Part shown: positions 39,967-49,031 of the stretch, one piece after another
How the letters are laid out: each line of letters opens with the position of its first letter
How positions within the stretch are numbered: position 1 is the first letter of the stretch
Source: Minisyncoccia bacterium
GTDB taxonomy: Bacteria; Patescibacteriota; Minisyncoccia; Phycocordibacterales; UBA9973
Reading direction: 5' to 3'
Length of the DNA: 64,000 bases
Assembly: GCA_041737125.1 (NCBI GenBank)
Contig: JBGSSJ010000010.1
Location: 22,354-86,353, forward strand
Notes under the pieces: generated by a model
What the model was told of the DNA's origin: nothing
What the model saw: the letters and a program-made list of their open reading frames with translations, nothing else
The model's database searches: none
Program-made: the position numbers and the translations under genes

Positions 39967-40503
39967 TTAATTCATAAGACCTTCCCTCTTCCATTCGACT
40001 ACATCTTTATCTTTTAATACATACTGCGATACACCAATTTCAGCCTTTTTATCATTCACATAATAAATCCAATAAGCGCCCGACTCTCCTTTTACTCCAT
40101 TGATACTATCGACAAAGTAACCCATTCCTCCAAATTCTCTCCCTTCAAATGTAAAATTTTTACTCACATCACTCTTAACATTGTTCATTAAATCATAAAC
40201 GCTTTTATCTTTCTCAATATTTGTTTCGTAAATTTTGCCATCAACAATCAAACTTGCTTTTATTTCTTCGTTCACATCTTTATTTATTTCTTGCTTTTTC
40301 TCTACTTGTGGGCTCGGAGATATATTTTCATTCTTTATTGCAATATTTTCTTTTTCTAATTCAGGAGATGATATTACGTTCTCTTTATTATTAACTTCCG
40401 GAGCAAGAACCACTTTATCTTTCTTTACATACGGATAAACATAAAAAGCAATCAAGATAAGCAAGGAAACTATTATTATAATCTTATTTTTGATGTTTTT
40501 CAT
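39967..40503 (-). CDS. Membrane-anchored DUF4430 (transcobalamin-like C-terminal domain) protein
   Basis: SVYDLM, MGYFVDSINGV, YWIYYVN, IGVSQYVLKDKDVVEW; ATG 40503 follows the riboswitch terminator. Confidence 0.88.
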   Translation of the reverse strand: MKNIKNKIIIIVSLLILIAFYVYPYVKKDKVVLAPEVNNKENVISSPELEKENIAIKNENISPSPQVEKKQEINKDVNEEIKASLIVDGKIYETNIEKDKSVYDLMNNVKSDVSKNFTFEGREFGGMGYFVDSINGVKGESGAYWIYYVNDKKAEIGVSQYVLKDKDVVEWKREGLMN

Positions 40504-40506
40504 AAT

Positions 40507-40530
40507 AAAAAAACTGCCTTGGTGGGCAGA
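40507..40530 (-). terminator. Riboswitch expression-platform terminator
   Basis: Minus strand CTGCC-CACCAA-GGCAG-TTTTTTT immediately before the ATG. Confidence 0.8.
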
Positions 40531-40575
40531 AGTATGTAGATGTAAATACATCTCTCCTGCTCGGGATACATCTAT

Positions 40576-40668
40576 TGTATTAAGATCGGACTCGTCCTTA
40601 AACATTTTCATGTCAGGCTTTACCGTTGCGGCACAGTGGAGGGATTTACCTCACTTCCAAATACTATA
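40576..40668 (-). promoter_or_regulatory. Cobalamin riboswitch (compact B12 element)
   Basis: Minus strand GGAAGTGAGGTAAATCCCTCCACTGTGCCGCAACGGTAA...GAGTCCGA matches the B12-element core GGAA-GGT-AAATCC-CTGT-CCGCAAC-GT and B12 box; GTATT/AATAC closing stem. Confidence 0.85.
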
Positions 40669-40687
40669 GGTTAAATTTTAAAATACA

Positions 40688-41221
40688 CTAAACTCTTCTA
40701 AGCTTCGAGACCAGGACTGGAATACTTAACTTGCTCTCTTTCCTTTCTTTTGCTAACCACATTTCTATCACTGGTGAGAGAACTATAGCAAATGCCACAT
40801 TACCTAGCAAGTGAAGAGCAGTGAATGGTATCTGACCTATGAGTGCACCCATGAATGATTGTCCGAAGAATAATGGCCCTAGGGTGAGTCCTGTAAATGC
40901 ATCATATAGAATAGTCGCTATGATTGCATACTTCACGTAGTTGGCGCGTCCTTTCCTATTCTTAAAGAAAAAGCTTGCACCTATTCCCACCATTCCATAA
41001 GCAAGTGCTGTGACAAGAGTCCAGACGCCGATACCTGCGGTTACAGAATCATATATGACAATACTCCCTGCTCCAAAGATGAAAGCCAAAAGAGGGCCAT
41101 AAGCTTTCCCGAAAGGCATAGACACAGCCATAATAGGCTCTATATTTGGAGCCCGGAATGGCAAAAGGCGCATAAGAAGCACGGCTACAAAGGCAATTGT
41201 GTATTTAACAGATTTTCTCAT
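40688..41221 (-). CDS. ECF transporter S-component, probably cobalamin-specific
   Basis: ~6 TM, 177 aa, R..P..PNIEP motif; B12 gene context. Confidence 0.72.
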   Translation of the reverse strand: MRKSVKYTIAFVAVLLMRLLPFRAPNIEPIMAVSMPFGKAYGPLLAFIFGAGSIVIYDSVTAGIGVWTLVTALAYGMVGIGASFFFKNRKGRANYVKYAIIATILYDAFTGLTLGPLFFGQSFMGALIGQIPFTALHLLGNVAFAIVLSPVIEMWLAKERKESKLSIPVLVSKLRRV

Positions 41222-41267
41222 TCGTATTTTTTAATTTGTAATTATTAATTCGTAATTCTTAATTGTC

Positions 41268-43580
41268 TTACACTATATCACAGACTCCAGCGACACAAGC
41301 AAGCTCCTTCTTCACTTCAGTTTCATCTTTTATCTCGTAAGTAACTATCTTTGAGAAATCAAACTCTGGCATTTTAGAAACTAATTCTTTGTACTTCCTC
41401 TCATCAATTGCTTCGTAAGGAGCAAGTTGGTAGACGTGGTTCGTGCGAGGTAAGAATGAAAGTCCTCCAACAATATCCCAGTTCTGATACAACCAGTGTG
41501 CAACTTTAATCCATTCATTCTCTCCGACTGAAATAGTAACAGATGGATTATGCTCTGTGTAATTTACTTTTACTATTTTCCAGTGTTCAAGCTGATCGAT
41601 AGCTGATATGTCATCTTTACAAATTGCTTTCTCTGGAGCTTTGAGTGGGAATTCGAGGACATAAGTATTCGCACCATCTTGTGTTTGCCCTACTTCTGGG
41701 TGATATGGCACTCCTTGGTCTTTCATCATTTTGAAAAGTGCATCTGTAGCAGAGATACGAACACGACGGATATAGAATGGTGAATGCCTTGGATGCATAC
41801 CTGATGCACAGTCAACTGTCTGTGAAACTGTCCCTGAGGGCTTCACACAAGTGATGCAAGTAGATTCATTAATACCGAAACGCTTTGCATAAATTTTATT
41901 CACACGGATCGCTTCGTTCTTCAACTTCTGTAGCATCTTAGCATCACGAGCAAGAGTCGAATCCCACTGGCCTGTGATAGACACACCGAGCAATCTTTCT
42001 GCTTCACAATTTTCTTTCCATTCTTTAGATAAGTATCCGAACTTCACAAGAGTTGATTGATAAGTACCTAGTATTGTTGCTACGCGAACTTTCCTCATCA
42101 AAGTCTCTTCTGTGTCCTCTGCGCGAGCGATAACTTCTGATAGATTACAGAATTGCTTTGAACGAAGGATTATTTCTCCGCAAGGATTCGTACCCATCTC
42201 GCCAATGAAATCTTTCGATACTTCTATTCGGCGCTTTGGAAGTGAAGTAGTAAGTGAGCCACGATTGAATATCCCTCTCTCTCCAGAGCCAGACTCCATA
42301 AGAGCAATCCATTCCTTTAGAAACTCTGTCTCTGTAGGTTTTGTATTATAGACTGCTGAGTTATTCGCAAGCATGCGTTGACCCTCATTCACCCAGAATT
42401 GGCCATTCTTTGCATCACGCATCTCCTTATCATCCAAATCAGACAGTGATATAAGGGCGCTACGGCGAACTCCACCAGAGACTACGCATTCACCAATCTT
42501 ACATATTATGTCATGAGCATCTATATTGCGTAGATGGCGACCTTGGCGACGAAGTATTCTCTCGCGAGTAAAACCAAGCAAGTCTATAAGTGGCTGAGGT
42601 CCAGAACTTTTACCCCCCATTGTTTTAAGTCTTGCCCCCGCAGGACGAAGAAGTGAGAAATCAAATTCTACATCGTTACCATCAAACCATGTCTTCATAC
42701 CATGCACGAATGCATCTGCCCAATCTTCTTTCGTATCAGGAACTACATATGTAGGTAACTTTTTACCACTTTGCATTTTGATTTGTGGAAGAGCTTGAAT
42801 ATTTTTACTTTCGATAGAGAATCCTACTCCTGTACCACACATTGAAATATAAATTATTTCTCCGAAATCTTGGAATGATGATGGTGCAATGAATGAACAA
42901 TTGTAAGCACATACATTTGTCTTCTCTGCGGCAGCACCTGCGAATTGCATAAGGCGCATTGATGGCATGGACTCTTGTCGGAGTATTGTCATACGTACTT
43001 CTTCGTACTCAGAATCTTTGAGAAGTTTTCCTAATTTACCTTTCATGAAATTTATATAACGATCGACTGTCTCTATCCAAGTCTCGCGTCTACTCTCTTC
43101 TTCAATCCACTTTGAATAAGATCTGTAGTAAACGAATTCAGAAAATGGATTGCGAAAATATTTCTTACTCTCGTCTGTCAATTTCTTCACATGCGGAGAC
43201 ACAGTCACACTATGAGAACGCAATCTTGCACGCTCTTCACGATAGAGAATGTAATCTTTGGATGCTTTTACATAGTCTGCAAGCATCAACTGTCTCTCTA
43301 CAGCGTCTTGTATAGACTCTACAGTAGGAATGAAACCTTTATTTGCCTTCACAATTGCACCTATTTCATCTACTACCTTTTTTGCTACTACTTCTGCCTC
43401 TTTTACAGAGCCTTCACTCGAAGCAAGCATTGCTTTATTAATAGCATTCACTATTTTTTCAAAATCAAAAGGTGTAACTTGACCATCTCTCTTTTGAACG
43501 CTTTTAATAAAACCATTCTTGTTTGAAACTTTTTTTGCGACCACTTTTTTCGCACTTGCAGATACTTTTTTTGAAGGCAT
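41268..43580 (-). CDS. nrdJ: Class II (adenosylcobalamin-dependent) ribonucleoside-triphosphate reductase with N-terminal ATP-cone
   Basis: VQKRDG..FDFEKI cone; YNCSF, GGVRRSA, TNPCGEI, FCNLSEV, TCVKPSGT, C-terminal ACVAGVC. Confidence 0.93.
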   Translation of the reverse strand: MPSKKVSASAKKVVAKKVSNKNGFIKSVQKRDGQVTPFDFEKIVNAINKAMLASSEGSVKEAEVVAKKVVDEIGAIVKANKGFIPTVESIQDAVERQLMLADYVKASKDYILYREERARLRSHSVTVSPHVKKLTDESKKYFRNPFSEFVYYRSYSKWIEEESRRETWIETVDRYINFMKGKLGKLLKDSEYEEVRMTILRQESMPSMRLMQFAGAAAEKTNVCAYNCSFIAPSSFQDFGEIIYISMCGTGVGFSIESKNIQALPQIKMQSGKKLPTYVVPDTKEDWADAFVHGMKTWFDGNDVEFDFSLLRPAGARLKTMGGKSSGPQPLIDLLGFTRERILRRQGRHLRNIDAHDIICKIGECVVSGGVRRSALISLSDLDDKEMRDAKNGQFWVNEGQRMLANNSAVYNTKPTETEFLKEWIALMESGSGERGIFNRGSLTTSLPKRRIEVSKDFIGEMGTNPCGEIILRSKQFCNLSEVIARAEDTEETLMRKVRVATILGTYQSTLVKFGYLSKEWKENCEAERLLGVSITGQWDSTLARDAKMLQKLKNEAIRVNKIYAKRFGINESTCITCVKPSGTVSQTVDCASGMHPRHSPFYIRRVRISATDALFKMMKDQGVPYHPEVGQTQDGANTYVLEFPLKAPEKAICKDDISAIDQLEHWKIVKVNYTEHNPSVTISVGENEWIKVAHWLYQNWDIVGGLSFLPRTNHVYQLAPYEAIDERKYKELVSKMPEFDFSKIVTYEIKDETEVKKELACVAGVCDIV

Positions 43581-43729
43581 ATTTTATATAATTTTAGTTA
43601 ATAATAGATTCCCATTTCCTTGGGCATATATTATACCCTCACTATCACTCTACTCAAAGTGAATATCATGAAAATCCACAAGTATGTAGCAACATGTGCT
43701 ATCCGTCAATCCTACCCCACTTCTGTAAG

Positions 43730-43759
43730 CAAAATAGCTTTCAATTGAAAGCTATTTTG
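43730..43759. terminator. Perfect 30-bp palindrome (terminator or operator)
   Basis: CAAAATAGCTTTCAA|TTGAAAGCTATTTTG between the Cys-rich array and the nrdJ promoter. Confidence 0.55.
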
Positions 43760-43825
43760 ATGTACAAATTCATAAATTTTTCTATAAATTGAAAAGAAAA
43801 GAAAATCAAAAATTTTTACTAGATT

Positions 43826-45541
43826 TTAGAGAACTTCCTGCTGGTAACAACTCTCACAGTATACCCTTTCCGGCCTATCTGGGGCATATGTAGTCTCGAA
43901 TTCTCTCCCACAACCATTACTACATAGTCTTTTATATAGTTTCATTGGATTTCGGTAGACTAAACGCTGGTAATGACGACAGTTCGGACAGTAGTGAGGT
44001 AATGGTAGTGAATTTTGCCTATAGAACAGAAGCTCTTCCTTTGTAAGCTTGAAAGCATTGGTACATTGATATTTATAATCACCTTTATTCGGGCATTCTA
44101 GGATATCATTTAGTATGTCATCTGTTACATTTTCTATACTATTAGGTAAAGTTTCAAAATTTTTTGTCGGAACGTAATTTCTTACTTCTGGCTCTTTCCA
44201 ATTAAGACCCAAGTCTATTATCTGTTCTTTTGTTTTAGGAAAGTAATCATGAGCCATAGTTTCATTATATCCAAATGGGCACATAAAATACGGGAAAAAG
44301 TCTCCATATGAAAATACTCTTCCCATGGAATCTTTCAATGGTAAATCCACCATATGCTTTCTCAGTAATGGTGATATTTTTAAATATTCTTCTTTAGAAT
44401 ATTGTTTATTTAAAATACAGTATTTAGCATTTTTCAAACCAACACAACCGAAACAGTCGGAGCAATTACGACAGTTCAAAGAGTGTTCCATGTTTGTAGA
44501 ATTAAAACAAACTACACATCCTATTTGATTACTTGAATCCTGACTACCAGAAATATTTTCATATTGCAATTCTCCATTTAAAACCCAACAACAATCTTTC
44601 AAATCTTTCGTATTAACAACTCTAAATGTATTAGAAATATTTTCAGATTTAAAAACATCAAAAGAATTATTTATGTCTTTTGAATTATTAATATGATCGC
44701 CTTTTACATTTACTGAATTCAAATTTTTTGCAAACTTAAATATTGCTTTTTCTTTAATTAAAGAAAATTCATTCCGTGCATTATTAAAACCAGAAAAAGT
44801 ATTCAACTTTAACTCTTTTACTTTTTCTAAATATTCGTCCTTACTTAATTGTTTATTTTTAAAGAAATAAGATTTATTTCTGAGGTTTGTTGATAAACAA
44901 CAGTTTGAACAGTTTGAACAATCGTACAGGAAATAAGAATCTATATTTTTATTTGAATCAATCACGAAATGACAATTATAATTTTCTAAACAATCTATAT
45001 TCCAAGAACATCTATCAATATTTCCACAATAAAGACAATCAAGTGAATTCTTCGAGTTATCAACATTTTCAGAGAATGAAATATCTTCTGAATTTACCAA
45101 AGAAAATGCTAAATATATATTCTTAGAATTAGCTACCGAATTAGAATAATCACAATTTATAACTGTACCACCAAGCTTATACTGAAAAATACGAGGTTGA
45201 ATATAGAATAATTCATTTATCTGATTAAATATCGGAATACTCAAATCAATTTCTTTTTGATACATAAATGGATCCCAATTATCCCCCATCCAACACTCTC
45301 CACACATTACAGGAGCTCCATCCTCTTTATAAACTGATAATAATGACTTAGAGCAAAGACTACAAGTACGTTTATAAAACGACCTATGATTTCTCCAGCA
45401 CATTCTCCTTATCATCCTGCACTCTGGGCAAAACGTAGGCGGTGGAACTTTAATTTTTTCATAGAAAGAAAAGTCTTCTAATTCAATAATGAAGTTCTCT
45501 TTGCAATTTTGACACGTTCGGTTTTCTACTTGATTTTCCAT
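43826..45541 (-). CDS. Cys-rich paralog 4
   Basis: Same family motifs; C-terminus CSNGCGREFETTY. Confidence 0.85.
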   Translation of the reverse strand: MENQVENRTCQNCKENFIIELEDFSFYEKIKVPPPTFCPECRMIRRMCWRNHRSFYKRTCSLCSKSLLSVYKEDGAPVMCGECWMGDNWDPFMYQKEIDLSIPIFNQINELFYIQPRIFQYKLGGTVINCDYSNSVANSKNIYLAFSLVNSEDISFSENVDNSKNSLDCLYCGNIDRCSWNIDCLENYNCHFVIDSNKNIDSYFLYDCSNCSNCCLSTNLRNKSYFFKNKQLSKDEYLEKVKELKLNTFSGFNNARNEFSLIKEKAIFKFAKNLNSVNVKGDHINNSKDINNSFDVFKSENISNTFRVVNTKDLKDCCWVLNGELQYENISGSQDSSNQIGCVVCFNSTNMEHSLNCRNCSDCFGCVGLKNAKYCILNKQYSKEEYLKISPLLRKHMVDLPLKDSMGRVFSYGDFFPYFMCPFGYNETMAHDYFPKTKEQIIDLGLNWKEPEVRNYVPTKNFETLPNSIENVTDDILNDILECPNKGDYKYQCTNAFKLTKEELLFYRQNSLPLPHYCPNCRHYQRLVYRNPMKLYKRLCSNGCGREFETTYAPDRPERVYCESCYQQEVL

Positions 45542-45572
45542 TTGTAATTATTAATTCGTAATTTATAATTTT

Positions 45573-47288
45573 CTACAGTACTTCTTTCTGATAACATTTC
45601 TCGCAATAAACTCTCTCTTCTCTATCTGGGGCATATGTAGTCTGAAATTCTCTCCCACAACCATTACTACATAGTCTTTTATACAATTTCATCGGGTTTC
45701 TGTACGCTAGACGCTGGTAATGGCGACAATTTGGGCAGTAATGAGGTAGAGGCAAGCTCTTTTGTTTATAGAATTGCAACTCAGTAGGCATGATACGGAA
45801 AGCAGTGGTGCATTGTGTCAGCTGGTTACCATTATTTGGACAGGATATTGTTTGATTTAGTATATCTTCATTAACATCCGTAATATTATCTGACAAATTA
45901 TCACTATCAATTGTAATTTTATAATCTTTATTTTCTTTTTCTTTCCATGGATAACCAAGTTCTGTAGCTTTCTCTAAACTTATTGGGAAGTAATCTAAAT
46001 TTACAGTTTCATTATATCCAAAAGGAGAGAACTCAAATGGGTAGAATTCTCCATAGACATAAACTCTACCCTTACTATCTATATAAGGATTATCAATCAT
46101 GAATTTTCTTAATTTAGAAACAAGGGCCTCATATTCTTCTTTTTCATATTGTTTATTCAAGATACAATATTTAGCATTTTTTAAACCAATACAACCAAAG
46201 CAGTCGGAGCAATTCTTACAGTACAAGGAGTACTCCATATTTTTAGAAGACAAACAAAGTATTGAACCAATTTGATTATATGAGTTACTGCTTGCTGACA
46301 ATGATTCGTAAGCAATTTCACCAGTAAGTATATATGAGCAATCGAATATATCATTTGATTTTATTATTCTAGTTGAATAACGAATATTCTCTGCAGTATT
46401 TGATATGTCATATGAATGAAAAACATCTTTAGAATTAAAAATAAAATCTCCCGTAACATTCTGGCTTGATACTATGTTTGCATATTTATGAATTGCATCT
46501 TTATAAATAAAATCAAATTCTTCTTTAGTTTTATTGAAACCGGAGTATGTTTCGAGTTTTAGTTCACCAAGAGCCTTTTGATATTCTTCTTTAGTTAGTT
46601 TGATATTCTTGAATACATACTGCTGGTTCCTTAAACTAGAAGACAGGCAACAGTTCTGACAATTCACACAATCATAAAGGAAAGATGAATCAATACAAGA
46701 ACTGGAAGATAATATAAAGTGTGAGTTGTAATTCTTATCAGATAGCATGTTCCATGTGCATTGATCGAGATCATAGCTTGCAAAGGAGTCTATCGTATTA
46801 CGAGATCTATCTATGCTTTCAGAATACATTATGTCTTCACAATCTATGACTGAAAAACATAAATATACATTTTTACAATTAACTACTGAGTTACCATAAT
46901 CGCTATTAATAACATTCCCAATCCTATACTGGTATATGCGAGGCTGCTTCCTGAATAATGAATACAATTGTGAGAAGAAACTTGTAGTCCAATCTATTTC
47001 CATTCCATGCTCGAATTGATCCCAGCCATCTCCGTTATAACACTCTATACAATAGACAGGTACCCCGTCGTCTTTATACATTGATATTAAATTTTTACTA
47101 CAAAGACCACAACTTCTTTTGTATAAAGATCTATTATTCCTCCAAATCATTCTCCTTATCATCCTACACTCCGGGCAAAAGGTAGGTGGTGGAACCTTTA
47201 TCTTTTCATAGAAAGAAAAATCTTCTGGTTGTATAGTAAAACTCCCTTTGCAATTCTGACATATTCGGTTTTCCGTTTGATTTTCCAT
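45573..47288 (-). CDS. Cys-rich paralog 5
   Basis: Start MENQTENR at 47288 by paralog alignment. Confidence 0.85.
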   Translation of the reverse strand: MENQTENRICQNCKGSFTIQPEDFSFYEKIKVPPPTFCPECRMIRRMIWRNNRSLYKRSCGLCSKNLISMYKDDGVPVYCIECYNGDGWDQFEHGMEIDWTTSFFSQLYSLFRKQPRIYQYRIGNVINSDYGNSVVNCKNVYLCFSVIDCEDIMYSESIDRSRNTIDSFASYDLDQCTWNMLSDKNYNSHFILSSSSCIDSSFLYDCVNCQNCCLSSSLRNQQYVFKNIKLTKEEYQKALGELKLETYSGFNKTKEEFDFIYKDAIHKYANIVSSQNVTGDFIFNSKDVFHSYDISNTAENIRYSTRIIKSNDIFDCSYILTGEIAYESLSASSNSYNQIGSILCLSSKNMEYSLYCKNCSDCFGCIGLKNAKYCILNKQYEKEEYEALVSKLRKFMIDNPYIDSKGRVYVYGEFYPFEFSPFGYNETVNLDYFPISLEKATELGYPWKEKENKDYKITIDSDNLSDNITDVNEDILNQTISCPNNGNQLTQCTTAFRIMPTELQFYKQKSLPLPHYCPNCRHYQRLAYRNPMKLYKRLCSNGCGREFQTTYAPDREERVYCEKCYQKEVL

Positions 47289-47298
47289 TCGTAATTTT

Positions 47299-49020
47299 CT
47301 ATAGGACTTCTTGCTGATAACAGTGTTCACAGTATACCCTCTCCGGCCTGTCTGGAACATAACTTGTTTCAAATTTATTATTACACCCTTCTTTCATACA
47401 ATTCCTCTGCCAAAGTTTAGCAGGTAAAATTTTAGCAAATCGTTCGTAGTGTCTGCAGTTTGAACATTTGGTAGGGAGTGGAATATTGTTTTTCTTATAA
47501 AAATCAAATTCATCTTTTGTAATTTTAAAGGCGATCGTGCACCTATGGTCGCACTTTCCTTCATGTTCACAACCTAGGACCTCTTTTAATATAGATTCAT
47601 CCACATCATTTATATGATCAGGTATACTATTTGAATTTATTGTTATGTGGAAATCTTTACTTTCGTGGTCTTTCCATTTGTAACCCTTTCTAATTGCTTC
47701 CTCTTTAGTTATCGGCATTAAATCATAAGCTGGTGTTTCGTTATAAGCTAAAGCAGAAATTTCAATAGGGAAAAATTCACCATACTTATATTCGCATCCC
47801 GCTTTATCATAATAAGGATCTGTGTTCATTTGATTTACTATATCAGCCCGAATTTTATTAAAATCTTCTTTTGAGTAAACTTTGTTTAAAATAGAATATT
47901 CTTTATTACGTAAACCAATGCATCCAAAAATATTGGAACAAGAAATACAAGAATCAGTATATTCTGCATTCTGAACATTACCCATGGCAGCATAAGAAAA
48001 TTTCACATTATAATCATCTTTTGCTCCAGTACTATATTCATACATGAGTTCTGATTTGCCAGCATAATCTGTGTCCATATTATCTTTAAATAAGAAAGCT
48101 CTGTAACAATTTTTCCCATTTTCTGCGTCATGAATATCAAAACAATTTTTACAATTATTCACGTTGGACAAATTATTGCCCGTTGAGTCCACTGATCTGA
48201 AAATATTTGCAAATCTATGTATGGCATTTTGTTTCATTCCTTCAAATTCCTCTATAATTCCTTTTCGAAAGTTCCTACTACCAAAATCAAACTTCTTCAG
48301 TTCTTTCAAATAATCTTCTTTTGTGTATTGAACATTAAAAATACAATATTCTTTGTTGCGTAAATTTGTGCATAAAATACAATTTGAACAATTTGCGCAA
48401 TCAAATAAAAAATATGAGTCAATGCAATTTCGTGACAAAACTAAATGCTGAGAATTATAGTTCTTCTCCCCTTCTACAACTTCATAACATCTATCACAAT
48501 CCACTAAATTATATGAATCAAATATATTAAAACAAGAATCTATGCCTTTTGAATAGAAAACATTTTCTGAACCTAATACTACTGATACTGATAGATAAAC
48601 ATTTTTACACTCTCCAACCATATTCGAATAATCTGAATCCGTCACGTTTCTTTGAAATAAGGCTAGGTGTGGAACTTTACTCTGTAACTCTTTAAATTGA
48701 TGAAAGAATGATTTACTAAAATCATAATCTACACCATGAGTAGAACCGTCCCACTTATCAGAATACCAACATTCTCTACAATATACAGGAAAAGGTGAAT
48801 CTGCCCCATACATTGCAATAATATTACTATTACATAGATCACAGACTCTTTTATATAAACCTCTTTCATTTCGCCACACCATTCGTCTAATACGCCTGCA
48901 ATCCGGGCAGAATGTAGGTGGTGGAACTTTTATCTTCTCATAGAAAGAAAAGTCTTCTGGTTCTATAGTGAAGTCCCTTTTACAATTCTGGCATGTTCGG
49001 TTTTCTGTTTGATGTTCCAT
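47299..49020 (-). CDS. Cys-rich paralog 6
   Basis: Start MEHQTENR at 49020 by paralog alignment. Confidence 0.85.
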   Translation of the reverse strand: MEHQTENRTCQNCKRDFTIEPEDFSFYEKIKVPPPTFCPDCRRIRRMVWRNERGLYKRVCDLCNSNIIAMYGADSPFPVYCRECWYSDKWDGSTHGVDYDFSKSFFHQFKELQSKVPHLALFQRNVTDSDYSNMVGECKNVYLSVSVVLGSENVFYSKGIDSCFNIFDSYNLVDCDRCYEVVEGEKNYNSQHLVLSRNCIDSYFLFDCANCSNCILCTNLRNKEYCIFNVQYTKEDYLKELKKFDFGSRNFRKGIIEEFEGMKQNAIHRFANIFRSVDSTGNNLSNVNNCKNCFDIHDAENGKNCYRAFLFKDNMDTDYAGKSELMYEYSTGAKDDYNVKFSYAAMGNVQNAEYTDSCISCSNIFGCIGLRNKEYSILNKVYSKEDFNKIRADIVNQMNTDPYYDKAGCEYKYGEFFPIEISALAYNETPAYDLMPITKEEAIRKGYKWKDHESKDFHITINSNSIPDHINDVDESILKEVLGCEHEGKCDHRCTIAFKITKDEFDFYKKNNIPLPTKCSNCRHYERFAKILPAKLWQRNCMKEGCNNKFETSYVPDRPERVYCEHCYQQEVL

Positions 49021-49031
49021 TCGTAATTGTT

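Noticed and set aside
40504-40611. N-terminal extension of the DUF4430 ORF
   Set aside because: Overlaps the riboswitch and terminator; ATG 40503 gives a normal signal anchor
41268-43580. Intein or intron in nrdJ
   Set aside because: Continuous 770-aa ORF with normal motif spacing and no splicing motifs
43676-43695. NrdR box upstream of nrdJ
   Set aside because: Only a weak, gapped match (CCACAAGTATGTAG) and no clear second box
47289-47372. Overlapping N-terminal extensions of paralogs 5 and 6 (also 49021-49065)
   Set aside because: Paralog alignment places the starts at 47288 and 49020
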